Below are positions 36,113 to 45,988 of a DNA stretch of 64,000 bases, piece by piece. Origin of the DNA: a virus (lineage: Duplodnaviria > Heunggongvirae > Uroviricota > Caudoviricetes); IMG/VR virus record IMGVR_UViG_3300027754_000043. One strand, given 5' to 3'. The first letter of the stretch is position 1; each line of letters starts with the position of its first letter. Made by a program: the position numbers and the translations under genes. The notes under the pieces were generated by a model. The model worked only from the letters and a program-made list of their open reading frames with translations, was not told the origin of the DNA and ran no database searches.

Positions 36113-39100
36113 TCATGTATGGTAAATCTGGCTAAATTTATTAATTTTATTTACTTCAATTAAATTGTCAACCATATCCCTCATTGTATCAACGTGAGAT
36201 ATAATAATACAAAAATCAAATTTTGTTCTAAAATATTCAAACAAGTTTACAACAGCTGAAATGTGCTCTGCATCTAAACTTCCCCAACCTTCATCAATTG
36301 CAATAAAGTTAGGACGAGGTAATGCTGATACATTTATCAATGCAATACGTATTGCTAATGATGACATAAATCGTTCCATACCAGATGTTAATTCTAATGG
36401 CCAATAGTTATCTTCATCATAAATAATATATCCATTAATATTCTTACCGTCACTTTGAAGAACCATGTTAAAATCAACAACTTGATTTAATACATTGTTA
36501 ATTTCAGTTTCAATTTTAGGCATTGCCTTTGTAATTAACTCATATGGAACACCATCTCGTTTTACTGATTCTAAATAATATTCATATGCTTTATACTCAA
36601 TTTCTAATTTACGATATTTTTCTAATTGAGAAATAGCAGTTGATTTATTTGTTTTAGCAACTTCAATTGAACCGTGTTTACTACGAATTGTTTCTGTAAT
36701 ATCTTTTATTAAACCTGCAATTTCTTCTATTGTAGATTTATGTGTTTCGATTTTAGCATCAATCACTTCGTTATGTGTAATTGCTGATTCATTTGATTTA
36801 AATAGTTCCTGACGTTCTAATGTTGTTTCTAATTCTGATTCACGTGTTTGTAAATCATTTTCAACAATTTGCAATTGCAATTCCTGTTTTTCTATTGCTG
36901 CACGTTTTAATTGATGTTGTTGTTTATATTCAATTAACTCAGCATACTCGGTTGCGGATGATTGCAATTGTTTTGATTTATCTAATAAATCTGTTACTTG
37001 TTTTTGTAAATCAGTTAATATTTGTTTATCTGAATCAATCGTGTTTTGGGCTTCGATTGCATTTTGCACGAATACGTTAGATGTACAGAATTGACAGTTC
37101 GGATCATATTCATGTTCGGACAAATGATTAATTTTTTCTTGTTTTGCATTGACAATTCCTTGTTGCTGTTTTACTTTAAGTTGTAAAGCTGTGGTTTCTG
37201 TTTCATATTTTTCTAACTGATCAACATCACTTTTTAAATTAGTTTCATTATATTTTCTTATGTTTTTCTTAATAACAAGGTATTCAGATGTTAATGTATC
37301 TAATGTTGTTTCTGCAGTATCAATATTTGTTTGTAATTCTGAAATCTTTTTTGTTAATGTGGATTCTGTTTTTTCTAATATTTTAATATCCGGACCATTA
37401 TAAGTAGTTGGCTGTTTTGTTTCAATTGAAGATAAAATTTCATTTTGCAATGTATTTCTTTTATCTTGCAATTCATCCTCTTCAACTTCTAATTCATTAA
37501 TTGTTTGTTGATTGTCAGTGATAATCGTATCAGCATTATTAATGATAATATCAAAATCTGTTTTCTTGTATTCTTTTAATTTACCAGCAGTTTCTTTTAT
37601 TTCTTCATTTGCTAATTGAAATAATTGTTCAAATACTGTAATATCTAAAAATTGAGATAAAAGATCTTTTCGTTCACGTTGAGATTTTTCAATAAAGTTA
37701 TTGTTATCTGCTTGCAATGAAAATGCAGTTAAAATAAAATCATCATAGGTACCTAAATACTTTCTAATATTTTTATTTGTTTCACTACGCTCTTCACCAT
37801 TTAAATTTTCAGAATCAGTAAAGAATTCTACATTGACTTTAACGTGACCACTTTTTTGTTTAATACCTTCACGAACAATTGTATAAATAATTCCATTTAA
37901 CTCAAAACGAAATGTTCCTTTAAAACTATTCTTTTTATTATTTAATACTTCATGTGCTTTACCAGTTTTGCTACATTTATCAAAAATAGTATAAGTAATT
38001 GCATCTAACAATGATGATTTACCTGAAGTGTTTGCTGCAAATAAACCACATACATCTTGTAAGTTTTCAAAATTAACTACATTGCCTTCACCATATGAAA
38101 ACATGTTCTCAAATTCAAATGTTACCGGGTGCCATGTCATATGACGAACTGATTCAACTGCTGGCAATTTAGAATTAATCGTACGGTTAATATGTCTAAT
38201 TGCATCTATTTCCTCAGCAGTAGCCTGTGGTTGATTGATTTGAATATAATCTGTAATCAATGTATTTTGATATTCGACATCACGAACATTTCCAATACTG
38301 AAAGATGAAGATGCGTTGGTATCAATTGAATTGCTATTTCTCTGTATTGTGATATCCTGTACATTGTATTTTTTACGAATAGTTGCAATTAACTTTTTCA
38401 TATCTGCTGCACTAGTACCATTAAACTTAATACGTATACGTGGTTTATTAGGCATTCTATGTGGTGCATTAACAATGTTAATACCATCAGTTTCAATTGT
38501 TACATAACCGTAATCATTCTCAATTTGCACAAACTCAGCAGATCTAGTTTCAATATCCCAAACCAATATTCCATGGTCTAATGCTTCACCGTGATTTTGT
38601 TGAATCAATGAACCTGGATATGCAATTGTTTGTTCTTCATTTAAAAATTGAGCTGGCTTATGAATATCTCCTAACAAAGTGATATCATGTCCTTTGAATA
38701 TTTCTGTAGTTACATGTTCATTTGAAATTTGATATCCAATATCCGTTTTTGCAGTATTAACAGCACCATGGTGCATAGCAATTTTATATGGAGCATCGAA
38801 ATCAGCAGCATTAATATATTCAGTTGGTGCAACATCAACTGCCATATGATTCCATACAATACCACCTATTTCAAACAAACCATTGTCTTTAATAAAAATA
38901 ATATTAGGATTACTGATAACATTGATAATTGGACTAATTGCATCAATTCGATGCATATTGTTTAAATTCATGTCATGGTTACCTAATATCACAATAGTTG
39001 GAATATCAAACCCGTTAAAGAATTCTACTAATACTTGTATTAACTCAGGCGACATTTCTAATTTACTGTGAACGATATCGCCAGTAAGAACAGCAACACT

Positions 39101-39253
39101 ATTTGGTGTACTTGTTCTAGCAATATAATTTTGTAAAGTATTAAATACTTCTCGGTATTCACCATGTCTTTTTAGTGTACGAATATGAATATCACTAATG
39201 TGGTAAAGTTTATCAATTTTATCGATTCCTATGTCGATAGTTGTTATAGCCAT
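36113..39253 (-). CDS. Fused Mre11/SbcD nuclease - Rad50/SbcC ATPase (gp47-gp46 fusion)
   Basis: SDIH, GDIVH, GNHD, HHG, GDIH phosphoesterase motifs; then NTSGKSS Walker A, long coiled coil with CQFC hook, TSGME signature, IAIDEG Walker B, SH switch. Confidence 0.92.
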   Translation of the reverse strand: MAITTIDIGIDKIDKLYHISDIHIRTLKRHGEYREVFNTLQNYIARTSTPNSVAVLTGDIVHSKLEMSPELIQVLVEFFNGFDIPTIVILGNHDMNLNNMHRIDAISPIINVISNPNIIFIKDNGLFEIGGIVWNHMAVDVAPTEYINAADFDAPYKIAMHHGAVNTAKTDIGYQISNEHVTTEIFKGHDITLLGDIHKPAQFLNEEQTIAYPGSLIQQNHGEALDHGILVWDIETRSAEFVQIENDYGYVTIETDGINIVNAPHRMPNKPRIRIKFNGTSAADMKKLIATIRKKYNVQDITIQRNSNSIDTNASSSFSIGNVRDVEYQNTLITDYIQINQPQATAEEIDAIRHINRTINSKLPAVESVRHMTWHPVTFEFENMFSYGEGNVVNFENLQDVCGLFAANTSGKSSLLDAITYTIFDKCSKTGKAHEVLNNKKNSFKGTFRFELNGIIYTIVREGIKQKSGHVKVNVEFFTDSENLNGEERSETNKNIRKYLGTYDDFILTAFSLQADNNNFIEKSQRERKDLLSQFLDITVFEQLFQLANEEIKETAGKLKEYKKTDFDIIINNADTIITDNQQTINELEVEEDELQDKRNTLQNEILSSIETKQPTTYNGPDIKILEKTESTLTKKISELQTNIDTAETTLDTLTSEYLVIKKNIRKYNETNLKSDVDQLEKYETETTALQLKVKQQQGIVNAKQEKINHLSEHEYDPNCQFCTSNVFVQNAIEAQNTIDSDKQILTDLQKQVTDLLDKSKQLQSSATEYAELIEYKQQHQLKRAAIEKQELQLQIVENDLQTRESELETTLERQELFKSNESAITHNEVIDAKIETHKSTIEEIAGLIKDITETIRSKHGSIEVAKTNKSTAISQLEKYRKLEIEYKAYEYYLESVKRDGVPYELITKAMPKIETEINNVLNQVVDFNMVLQSDGKNINGYIIYDEDNYWPLELTSGMERFMSSLAIRIALINVSALPRPNFIAIDEGWGSLDAEHISAVVNLFEYFRTKFDFCIIISHVDTMRDMVDNLIEVNKINKFSQIYHT

Positions 39254-40188
39254 AACATTCCCATTTTTAATTCCATTAACTTTTCAAATGTTAATACATC
39301 TGTATCTGCTAATATTTCTGTTATTTTATTGAATCCTAATTCTGATGCATCTCCGCTTTTTAAATTTACGAAATATACATTTAAACCTTCTGACATAAAT
39401 CGTTCAGCAATTTGTATTGCATTTTTCAATGCATCTGGATCTAGACACAAATATATGTTTTTAACTCGTTCTTCTATTATTTTTCTTTGTAATGCAGGTT
39501 GAATGATTTTACCAAATAAAGGTATTGCATTTCTTTTAACAGCAATTGCATCAAACGAACCTTCACATAACACAATCGGCTCTGCCCAATTTATAAACAA
39601 TTCAAACCCGATAATATCTTTAGAAACTTTTGGATTCTTATGTTTTTGTGTATCTGCCGAATAATATGCACGTGACACGAAATAATTTAATTGACCTTCT
39701 GCATCATAACTAGGTATAATTATTTTACCAGTATACTCACCTGTTTCACAATAACCAATTCTATATTTTAAAATATCAAACAATGTTAAACCACGTTGTT
39801 TTAAATAATGCATTGCATTTCTGTAATCAGGTGTTTTCTTTTCAATCCAAAGTGGTCTATAATCATTTGGTAATTGTAATATAACTTGTTTCTCAGTTAC
39901 AGTAGTATTAACACGATATTTTGTTGATTCGATAATTCGACTTAATTGTTCGAATTTTTCTTTTGATAAATTTAATTGCTTAAATAAAGATGATATTGAT
40001 CTGCCTTTTTTATCAGATATCCAACAGTGCCATGGATTTTCTCCATTATGATTTGTTTCAATATCAATTTCTAATTTTGGTTTATAATGAGAAACAAATG
40101 GAGAGAAGAATGCAATATTATTACCAGATGTAGATTTACCTTTACCTAAAACAGATTCCAGTAATTGTAATAATTTTATATTCTTCAT
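39244..40188 (-). CDS. DNA primase (DnaG/TOPRIM type)
   Basis: YLKQRG, IIIPSYD, KHKNP, CEGSFDA, CLDPDA, DASEL; degenerate N-terminal Zn ribbon. Confidence 0.88.
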   Translation of the reverse strand: MKNIKLLQLLESVLGKGKSTSGNNIAFFSPFVSHYKPKLEIDIETNHNGENPWHCWISDKKGRSISSLFKQLNLSKEKFEQLSRIIESTKYRVNTTVTEKQVILQLPNDYRPLWIEKKTPDYRNAMHYLKQRGLTLFDILKYRIGYCETGEYTGKIIIPSYDAEGQLNYFVSRAYYSADTQKHKNPKVSKDIIGFELFINWAEPIVLCEGSFDAIAVKRNAIPLFGKIIQPALQRKIIEERVKNIYLCLDPDALKNAIQIAERFMSEGLNVYFVNLKSGDASELGFNKITEILADTDVLTFEKLMELKMGMLWL

Positions 40189-40194
40189 ATTAAT

Positions 40195-40223
40195 ATTATA
40201 TGAAAATTACAGTAATATTCCAA
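40195..40223 (-). promoter_or_regulatory. Sigma70-like promoter TTGGAA-N17-TATAAT before primase (second copy TTGGAT-N17-TATACA at 40355..40383)
   Basis: Hexamers and 17-bp spacers read directly from the sequence. Confidence 0.55.
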
Positions 40224-40387
40224 TTAATATTATTAATATTTATTATATATTATTATTAATTATATTAGTCAGACACATACATTTCATTTCTGGTCTAACG
40301 ATCAATTCATAAATGAATTAATCTATTAATAAAATAAATTTCATTAATACTGAATGTATATGAAAAATAATTCACAAATCCAACCTT

Positions 40388-40864
40388 TTAGAAGAATTTG
40401 TTTACTTTTATTATATCTTTTTCATTTTTAACACATTCCGCGAACCATTCTGCCGGTATATCCTTCTTTGCAATAAATTCAATTCCCAGTTTTCTTGCGT
40501 AATCTTCATACGTAGTTTTTGAAGCTTTTGATATTTTTTGAGATGGATTTTGAAATACCATTCTCAAATCAATTCCAGGATTCGAAGCTAAAACATGTTT
40601 TGTTTTTAAACGATCAACACCAGTCCAACGACCTTTTGTTTCGATGTACATTGTTTCGCCGTTCTTTTTTGTTAAAATAAAATCAGGAGTATATTTTGCT
40701 TGACGCTCCGGTACTATATATTTTAGTGTTTCTGTTTCATATTTCAAAGGAAATTCTAAACTTTTTATCTGTTCTGCAACAGTATGTTCTAATCCTGATT
40801 TATAACCGTATTTTAATGCATTCGCTCGTTTACCTGTAGAACTATGCCAATGATTTTTTGCCAT
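40388..40864 (-). CDS. T7 endonuclease I-like Holliday junction resolvase
   Basis: YKSGLE...KYTPDF...IETKGRW...DLRMVFQ...TTY PD-(D/E)xK pattern. Confidence 0.88.
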   Translation of the reverse strand: MAKNHWHSSTGKRANALKYGYKSGLEHTVAEQIKSLEFPLKYETETLKYIVPERQAKYTPDFILTKKNGETMYIETKGRWTGVDRLKTKHVLASNPGIDLRMVFQNPSQKISKASKTTYEDYARKLGIEFIAKKDIPAEWFAECVKNEKDIIKVNKFF

Positions 40865-40876
40865 AACTTTATTTTT

Positions 40877-42421
40877 TTATTTAGATTTTAAATAACTTGC
40901 TAACATCCAACGTTTTTGATTACTACCAAAATCTAATAAAACATATTTACGATCTGTGGAATATTTTTTAAATGTTACTGGATATTCACTTGTAATAAAA
41001 TCCATTTGTGTATCTTCAAAATATTGTTTAGTTCGATTATTATAATATAATATTGGTATTTTAGTTCCTAACGCTGCTTTAAATTTAACACGATCGCCTG
41101 GTTGATAATCAGAAATTTCGGTAGTTGTTTGTGTTTGTGCTGGCGCCGGTGCATTTTTAATAGCATCTGGAAATTTTGTATTTAATTTATTGATTGCAAC
41201 TTGTTTTGTTATACGTTTACCATTTGCTGTACTGGTTTCGTACTGTGTTTTACTACCAGTATACCATGCGCCATTTTCAGCCCAATATACATATTTATCG
41301 GTATCACTCATGGTATATATAATAGTCCCATCATTTGCTGTAGCAGGATATGTAACTGTTGAACTAGTTGTATCTGTATCTGATTGATTATTTGTTACAG
41401 AACTAGTAGCATCAACTGTTTTATTTGTTGTAGATTTAAGTGGTTCGGTATAATAGAAATTTCGTGTGCCATTTGCGTTAATAAATGCATATGGATCAAT
41501 TAATTCGCCTGTAAACTCTGTACCATTATCATATTTAACAGTGCCTTTATATGGAACTCCGTTTTTAAATTCACCGGTGAATAATCCAGCAATTCCAGTA
41601 TCTTCTTGGCGTATACCGATACTACCATTTAATGGTATAATAATTCGATTTCCTTTTATATCCGTAGATAATCGTGCTTTACCTTTAAAACCTGGGTACT
41701 TATATTGTTCTGCATTTTCATCATTAATATCAATAATATTTTCAGTATCTGTAGTACTAGATGCATCAATATCAGTATCTTTACTTAAATATTGTAATTC
41801 AGGTATTAATTTAGCAGCGTCAATTGGTTTATCTGTCAATTTATATTTTTTTAATTCATTAAACCATGGGGTAACATCTCGATAATCAAAAATAATAATA
41901 TTACCTAACATAGTAGATTTATCATCAACTAAATTTTCAATTATTTCGAAATATTGTAATGGCTTTTTTTCATTTGCATCTAAACGTTTAGCAATTTCAT
42001 ATAATTGTGAAAAATTACATACCCATACATTATGTTTTACGGCACGATCTCTAGATGCTAAATCTGGACCGACAACATACATGTATTTCGGTTGACCATT
42101 AACATCTATTTTATTAAACGGGCCCGTTTTACCATAATATTGTGTTTCTTGTGCTTTTCCATTTTTATTGATTGCTTGTCGTATTGCAGTTGCAGCACCA
42201 ACAGATGATGACCAATCTGGATTGCTAGTTGCATCGATGCCGCGCTTATGAACTGATTTTATTATAAATGCAGACCAAGCTGATATTATCGCACCATGTG
42301 TTTGTGCAGCTGATAATGTAGATTCGTTAGACGGTTTAATAACATTTCGTACAATTGTATCAACACCTTGTTCGAATAACATTTTACGAATTACTCGTTC
42401 TATAATTATATTTGTTTTCAT
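40877..42421 (-). CDS. Multidomain hypothetical protein (MORN-like turns, Thr-rich linkers); putative head cargo
   Basis: FTGEFKNGVPYKGTVKYDNGTEFTGE; N-terminal IIIE..RKMLFE. Confidence 0.65.
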   Translation of the reverse strand: MKTNIIIERVIRKMLFEQGVDTIVRNVIKPSNESTLSAAQTHGAIISAWSAFIIKSVHKRGIDATSNPDWSSSVGAATAIRQAINKNGKAQETQYYGKTGPFNKIDVNGQPKYMYVVGPDLASRDRAVKHNVWVCNFSQLYEIAKRLDANEKKPLQYFEIIENLVDDKSTMLGNIIIFDYRDVTPWFNELKKYKLTDKPIDAAKLIPELQYLSKDTDIDASSTTDTENIIDINDENAEQYKYPGFKGKARLSTDIKGNRIIIPLNGSIGIRQEDTGIAGLFTGEFKNGVPYKGTVKYDNGTEFTGELIDPYAFINANGTRNFYYTEPLKSTTNKTVDATSSVTNNQSDTDTTSSTVTYPATANDGTIIYTMSDTDKYVYWAENGAWYTGSKTQYETSTANGKRITKQVAINKLNTKFPDAIKNAPAPAQTQTTTEISDYQPGDRVKFKAALGTKIPILYYNNRTKQYFEDTQMDFITSEYPVTFKKYSTDRKYVLLDFGSNQKRWMLASYLKSK

Positions 42422-42436
42422 ATATTATAAATATCT

Positions 42437-42979
42437 TTACCAATCGATTAATACTAAATTACCATTCCACAACATTACATTATCAGTACTAAAATCCAAA
42501 TCCAAATCCAAATCCTCAATACCAGTTCGTTGTATATCTTGTTGCAATGCTCGTAAAAAATTAACTAATACTTCATTTGTATTACGAGCACCGTCTGCAT
42601 CTAAAAAATCAAATATACTAACTTCTCCGCCCTCATTATAAGCAAACTGTTTATAGTTTTTAATAAATGAATTTAAGTCATTCTGTAATTCTGTGGATAA
42701 TGGATTTGCTTTCGAAGCAATATACATATTTTTATTATCTACATAATGTATAGGAATAAATGTTGAAAATTGAGAATGGCGACCTACAATAATTTCAGCA
42801 ACTTCATATTCTGATAATTCGTCTGTAATTTTAAAAAGTTTATCTTCGCCTTCGATTTCATATATACGACCATTATCGCCTTGTGCAAACAATCTAAATT
42901 GTTTATTTTTTATCTTTTGCAATAATCGATTAACATCAGGCTCTGCTAATTCACGCAATATATTTTTTAATTTAATCAT
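42437..42979 (-). CDS. Minimal protein-kinase-like (APH/Ser-Thr kinase fold) protein
   Basis: FAQGDNGRIY Gly loop, LFKIT, DFSTDNVM (DxxxxN) and LVLIDW at the C-terminus. Confidence 0.7.
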   Translation of the reverse strand: MIKLKNILRELAEPDVNRLLQKIKNKQFRLFAQGDNGRIYEIEGEDKLFKITDELSEYEVAEIIVGRHSQFSTFIPIHYVDNKNMYIASKANPLSTELQNDLNSFIKNYKQFAYNEGGEVSIFDFLDADGARNTNEVLVNFLRALQQDIQRTGIEDLDLDLDFSTDNVMLWNGNLVLIDW

Positions 42980-44589
42980 TGTATATTCTTATCTAAATCA
43001 ATTCGTATTAAAAAATTCATATCAACATCATTTCTCTTTTTAATTGGTTGTGCTACTTTACCGATTGCTAATAATTGGCCAGAATCATCATACAATCCAA
43101 TTGTAGTTATATATGGAGAAAATGCACTACTAGTAACAAATGATTGATATGTTATATCATTATCAGTAGTTAATGAATTATTCAATGACATATTAAAATC
43201 ACCAGCATCTAATTTTGTTAATATACTTAATTCATTAATTGTTTTTGTACTTTTATAACTAGCAGTATATGGTGAAGTTAAAATATTATTAAACCTATAA
43301 TCTGGTGATGTAATAACTGCTAAACCATGTTTAGAAAATACATTTCCAACAATATTTGTTTGAAGCAATGTACCACCTTCGGTTCTATCTGCTAAATATC
43401 CAACTTCTGTGCTAGTTAATGCTTTATTATAAATTCGAATTTCATCTAAATAACCACTAAAATTCTGAGTCAATGTATTATACCCACCAATTGATATTGA
43501 TTCTTGATTATCAATACGAGCTGAAGCTGTAAATGGAGAATTATTTGCCGTTAATAATCTACTAGAAGCTGATGTTATTAAATTAGCATCAACATACATT
43601 TGCATTACACTTCCTGATTTTTGACATACAACATGATGCCAATTATCTGCTGTAAATGATGATGAAATTTGTTGTGTAAATGTTGTGCTACCTGCAATTT
43701 TAAAATACATTGTTCTCGTAGAACCTGCACTACCACTTATATAAATTTTAAATGGATATTGTGGAGTTATATTAGTATTTGCTTTAGTGATTATAAGATC
43801 GTCTGTACTACCGGTTTGAGCCTGTATAAAGAATGATATTGCATAATTGGTATCTCTGTTATATAAACCATCTACTGCCGTTTTAATATAGCCATTGTTA
43901 TTAAAATACGCAGATTTACCGATACTAGAACTTGCACCCGTAGTTGTCGTAATTCCGGTGGTATATATTACATTGTTTGATTGATATTCGATTCTAGATA
44001 AATCGAAATATTCATTGAATCCTTCATAGTATTTACAACCCGAAACAATCGAACTAGTATTAAATGCTGTATCATAAATATTACTATAACGGTCTGATTT
44101 TAAATTTAAAATAATACTAGCTAATCCAGACACTCCTATGTTATTATCAGTAATCATTGTAAATGAACTAGGCTTAATACCTTCCCCAATTTTTACTTGA
44201 GGAAATGATAATATAGATGCAGATTCGAATAAATATTTTGGAGTTTTATTTAAGTCAGTTGGACCATATGTTTTCATTGGATCTTTTTTATGTTTATAAA
44301 ACATATGATTCACTGAAAAATACGTTACCGTTTGTAAACTACCGTTAATATTACTAGCATCATTATATGTTAATTCAGATCCTAATGCTGGTAAAATTTC
44401 TGGATTACTATATATAGCATTTAACGGAAGTGCACTACTAGTAGCAGAGCCAGAATACACAGTCCACGATTTATTAACTTGAAATGGTGTAATTGAAATA
44501 TCTGAATTATCTATTTTTTTAAAAACAGTTGGATAAATTCCAAGATATTCATTTTCATTGTTTGTCGTTATTAATCTAGATTCTGTCAT
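42976..44589 (-). CDS. Baseplate/tail protein with LamG domain
   Basis: WHHVVCQKSG...LDEIRIYNKALT LamG; C-terminal YITTIGLYDD..LLAIGK motif. Confidence 0.75.
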   Translation of the reverse strand: MTESRLITTNNENEYLGIYPTVFKKIDNSDISITPFQVNKSWTVYSGSATSSALPLNAIYSNPEILPALGSELTYNDASNINGSLQTVTYFSVNHMFYKHKKDPMKTYGPTDLNKTPKYLFESASILSFPQVKIGEGIKPSSFTMITDNNIGVSGLASIILNLKSDRYSNIYDTAFNTSSIVSGCKYYEGFNEYFDLSRIEYQSNNVIYTTGITTTTGASSSIGKSAYFNNNGYIKTAVDGLYNRDTNYAISFFIQAQTGSTDDLIITKANTNITPQYPFKIYISGSAGSTRTMYFKIAGSTTFTQQISSSFTADNWHHVVCQKSGSVMQMYVDANLITSASSRLLTANNSPFTASARIDNQESISIGGYNTLTQNFSGYLDEIRIYNKALTSTEVGYLADRTEGGTLLQTNIVGNVFSKHGLAVITSPDYRFNNILTSPYTASYKSTKTINELSILTKLDAGDFNMSLNNSLTTDNDITYQSFVTSSAFSPYITTIGLYDDSGQLLAIGKVAQPIKKRNDVDMNFLIRIDLDKNIQ

Positions 44590-44597
44590 ATCAGTAA

Positions 44598-44634
44598 AAA
44601 CCCTACTACATTTAATATAAATATAGCAGGGCTT
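44598..44634 (-). terminator. Stem-loop terminator with the ATATTTAT motif at its loop
   Basis: AAGCCCTGCTA...TAGTAGGGTTT stem then TTACT; motif at 44617-44624. Confidence 0.55.
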
Positions 44635-44649
44635 AATTCAATGGATATT

Positions 44650-45975
44650 TTAGTAATCTAATTTAACTCTTATAAGAGCTTCTCTAGAAAATGATTTTAA
44701 TAATGGTTTACTCAATTTAGCAACAGCTAATAATTCTTGGTAATCATTATATAAACCAACCGTTGTAACATAAGTTTTAGGATCTCCAATAAAAGTTGAT
44801 TGAGCGATTTGACCTACACTACCTGTTACAAATGATGGATTATTAGAAAAGTTATATTCTGCATTTTTAATTCTTACAAAATAATGAGTACTTGTAATCT
44901 TTTCAGAATTTCTTGCTAAGAAACCATATGGGTCACTAGTGCTAACATCAGTGAATAATGCAGATCCTGAAACTGAATGATATAAAGCAAAATGATTATT
45001 ACCTTCTGAACTAGAACTAACATTAGTTTTAAATCCTAGTTGTTGATCTAACATTTTAGCATCTAATATCAATGTACCGTAATCTGGATATACTAATCCA
45101 TAATATATAGGTGCGGACGGATTATAAACACCTCCATTTATAGAACCGGATACTATATTATATACTCTTCCTGATTGTCCAATTGAACCTGTTGTTGCAA
45201 CTGAATCATCGATTAAAGTTATTAATTTAGAACCTAACGAAACACTACCTGTAGCATTTGTTGCTCTAGATGAAATACTAACTAATGGTAATTCAAAATT
45301 ACCCGCATCTAATCTTTCACGCAATCTATTACGTTTAAAATTAACTACGTATATATGATCTGTACTACCAGAACCAGCTGTCGTAAAACGAGAATCTGTT
45401 GGTGCTAATAATAATTGTCTATATTGAGAATAAATCGCTCTAGATGGAGAATCATTTAATTGACCTTGTGAATCAGAACCACTTCCTAATGCATGGCCAT
45501 ATGCTAATGAAAATTGTACAGCTGCACCATCAGCACTAGGATTAGATTGATATACATCTGTATAATATCTACGTTGTGATATTGTTTGTGCGGATGAACT
45601 AAAATATGTAGTTAAACTTGCAACATTATCACTCCATAATCCACCAGTAACAACTTCTGTTTGGTTTGATATAATATCATTAACAGTATCAAATTTAGTA
45701 TATGTTCTACCACTCCTTGCTGTTATTTGCGTTTGTTGTTGATCTGCGATTATTTGATCAGCCATTTGGCGAGCTAATTGCATTACTTGAGCATTTACTA
45801 CTGCTGCTGTTGCACTAGTAGCATTATCATCAACTGGTTGTGTTAATGGAGTAGCAGTTCCACGTGATGCGTTTTGTAAACTATTAGCTGTCGACAGTGC
45901 AGCAGCCGTTCCTCGAGGTACTCCACCTTGTCGAGGATATTGTTTTAAACGATTAATTAAATTTTTTGTAATCAT
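44650..45975 (-). CDS. Baseplate/tail structural protein
   Basis: C-terminal TYVTTVGLYND..LLAVAKLSKP..IRVKLDY motif, paralogous to the end of 42976..44589. Confidence 0.7.
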   Translation of the reverse strand: MITKNLINRLKQYPRQGGVPRGTAAALSTANSLQNASRGTATPLTQPVDDNATSATAAVVNAQVMQLARQMADQIIADQQQTQITARSGRTYTKFDTVNDIISNQTEVVTGGLWSDNVASLTTYFSSSAQTISQRRYYTDVYQSNPSADGAAVQFSLAYGHALGSGSDSQGQLNDSPSRAIYSQYRQLLLAPTDSRFTTAGSGSTDHIYVVNFKRNRLRERLDAGNFELPLVSISSRATNATGSVSLGSKLITLIDDSVATTGSIGQSGRVYNIVSGSINGGVYNPSAPIYYGLVYPDYGTLILDAKMLDQQLGFKTNVSSSSEGNNHFALYHSVSGSALFTDVSTSDPYGFLARNSEKITSTHYFVRIKNAEYNFSNNPSFVTGSVGQIAQSTFIGDPKTYVTTVGLYNDYQELLAVAKLSKPLLKSFSREALIRVKLDY

Positions 45976-45988
45976 GTTTTATTGCCTA

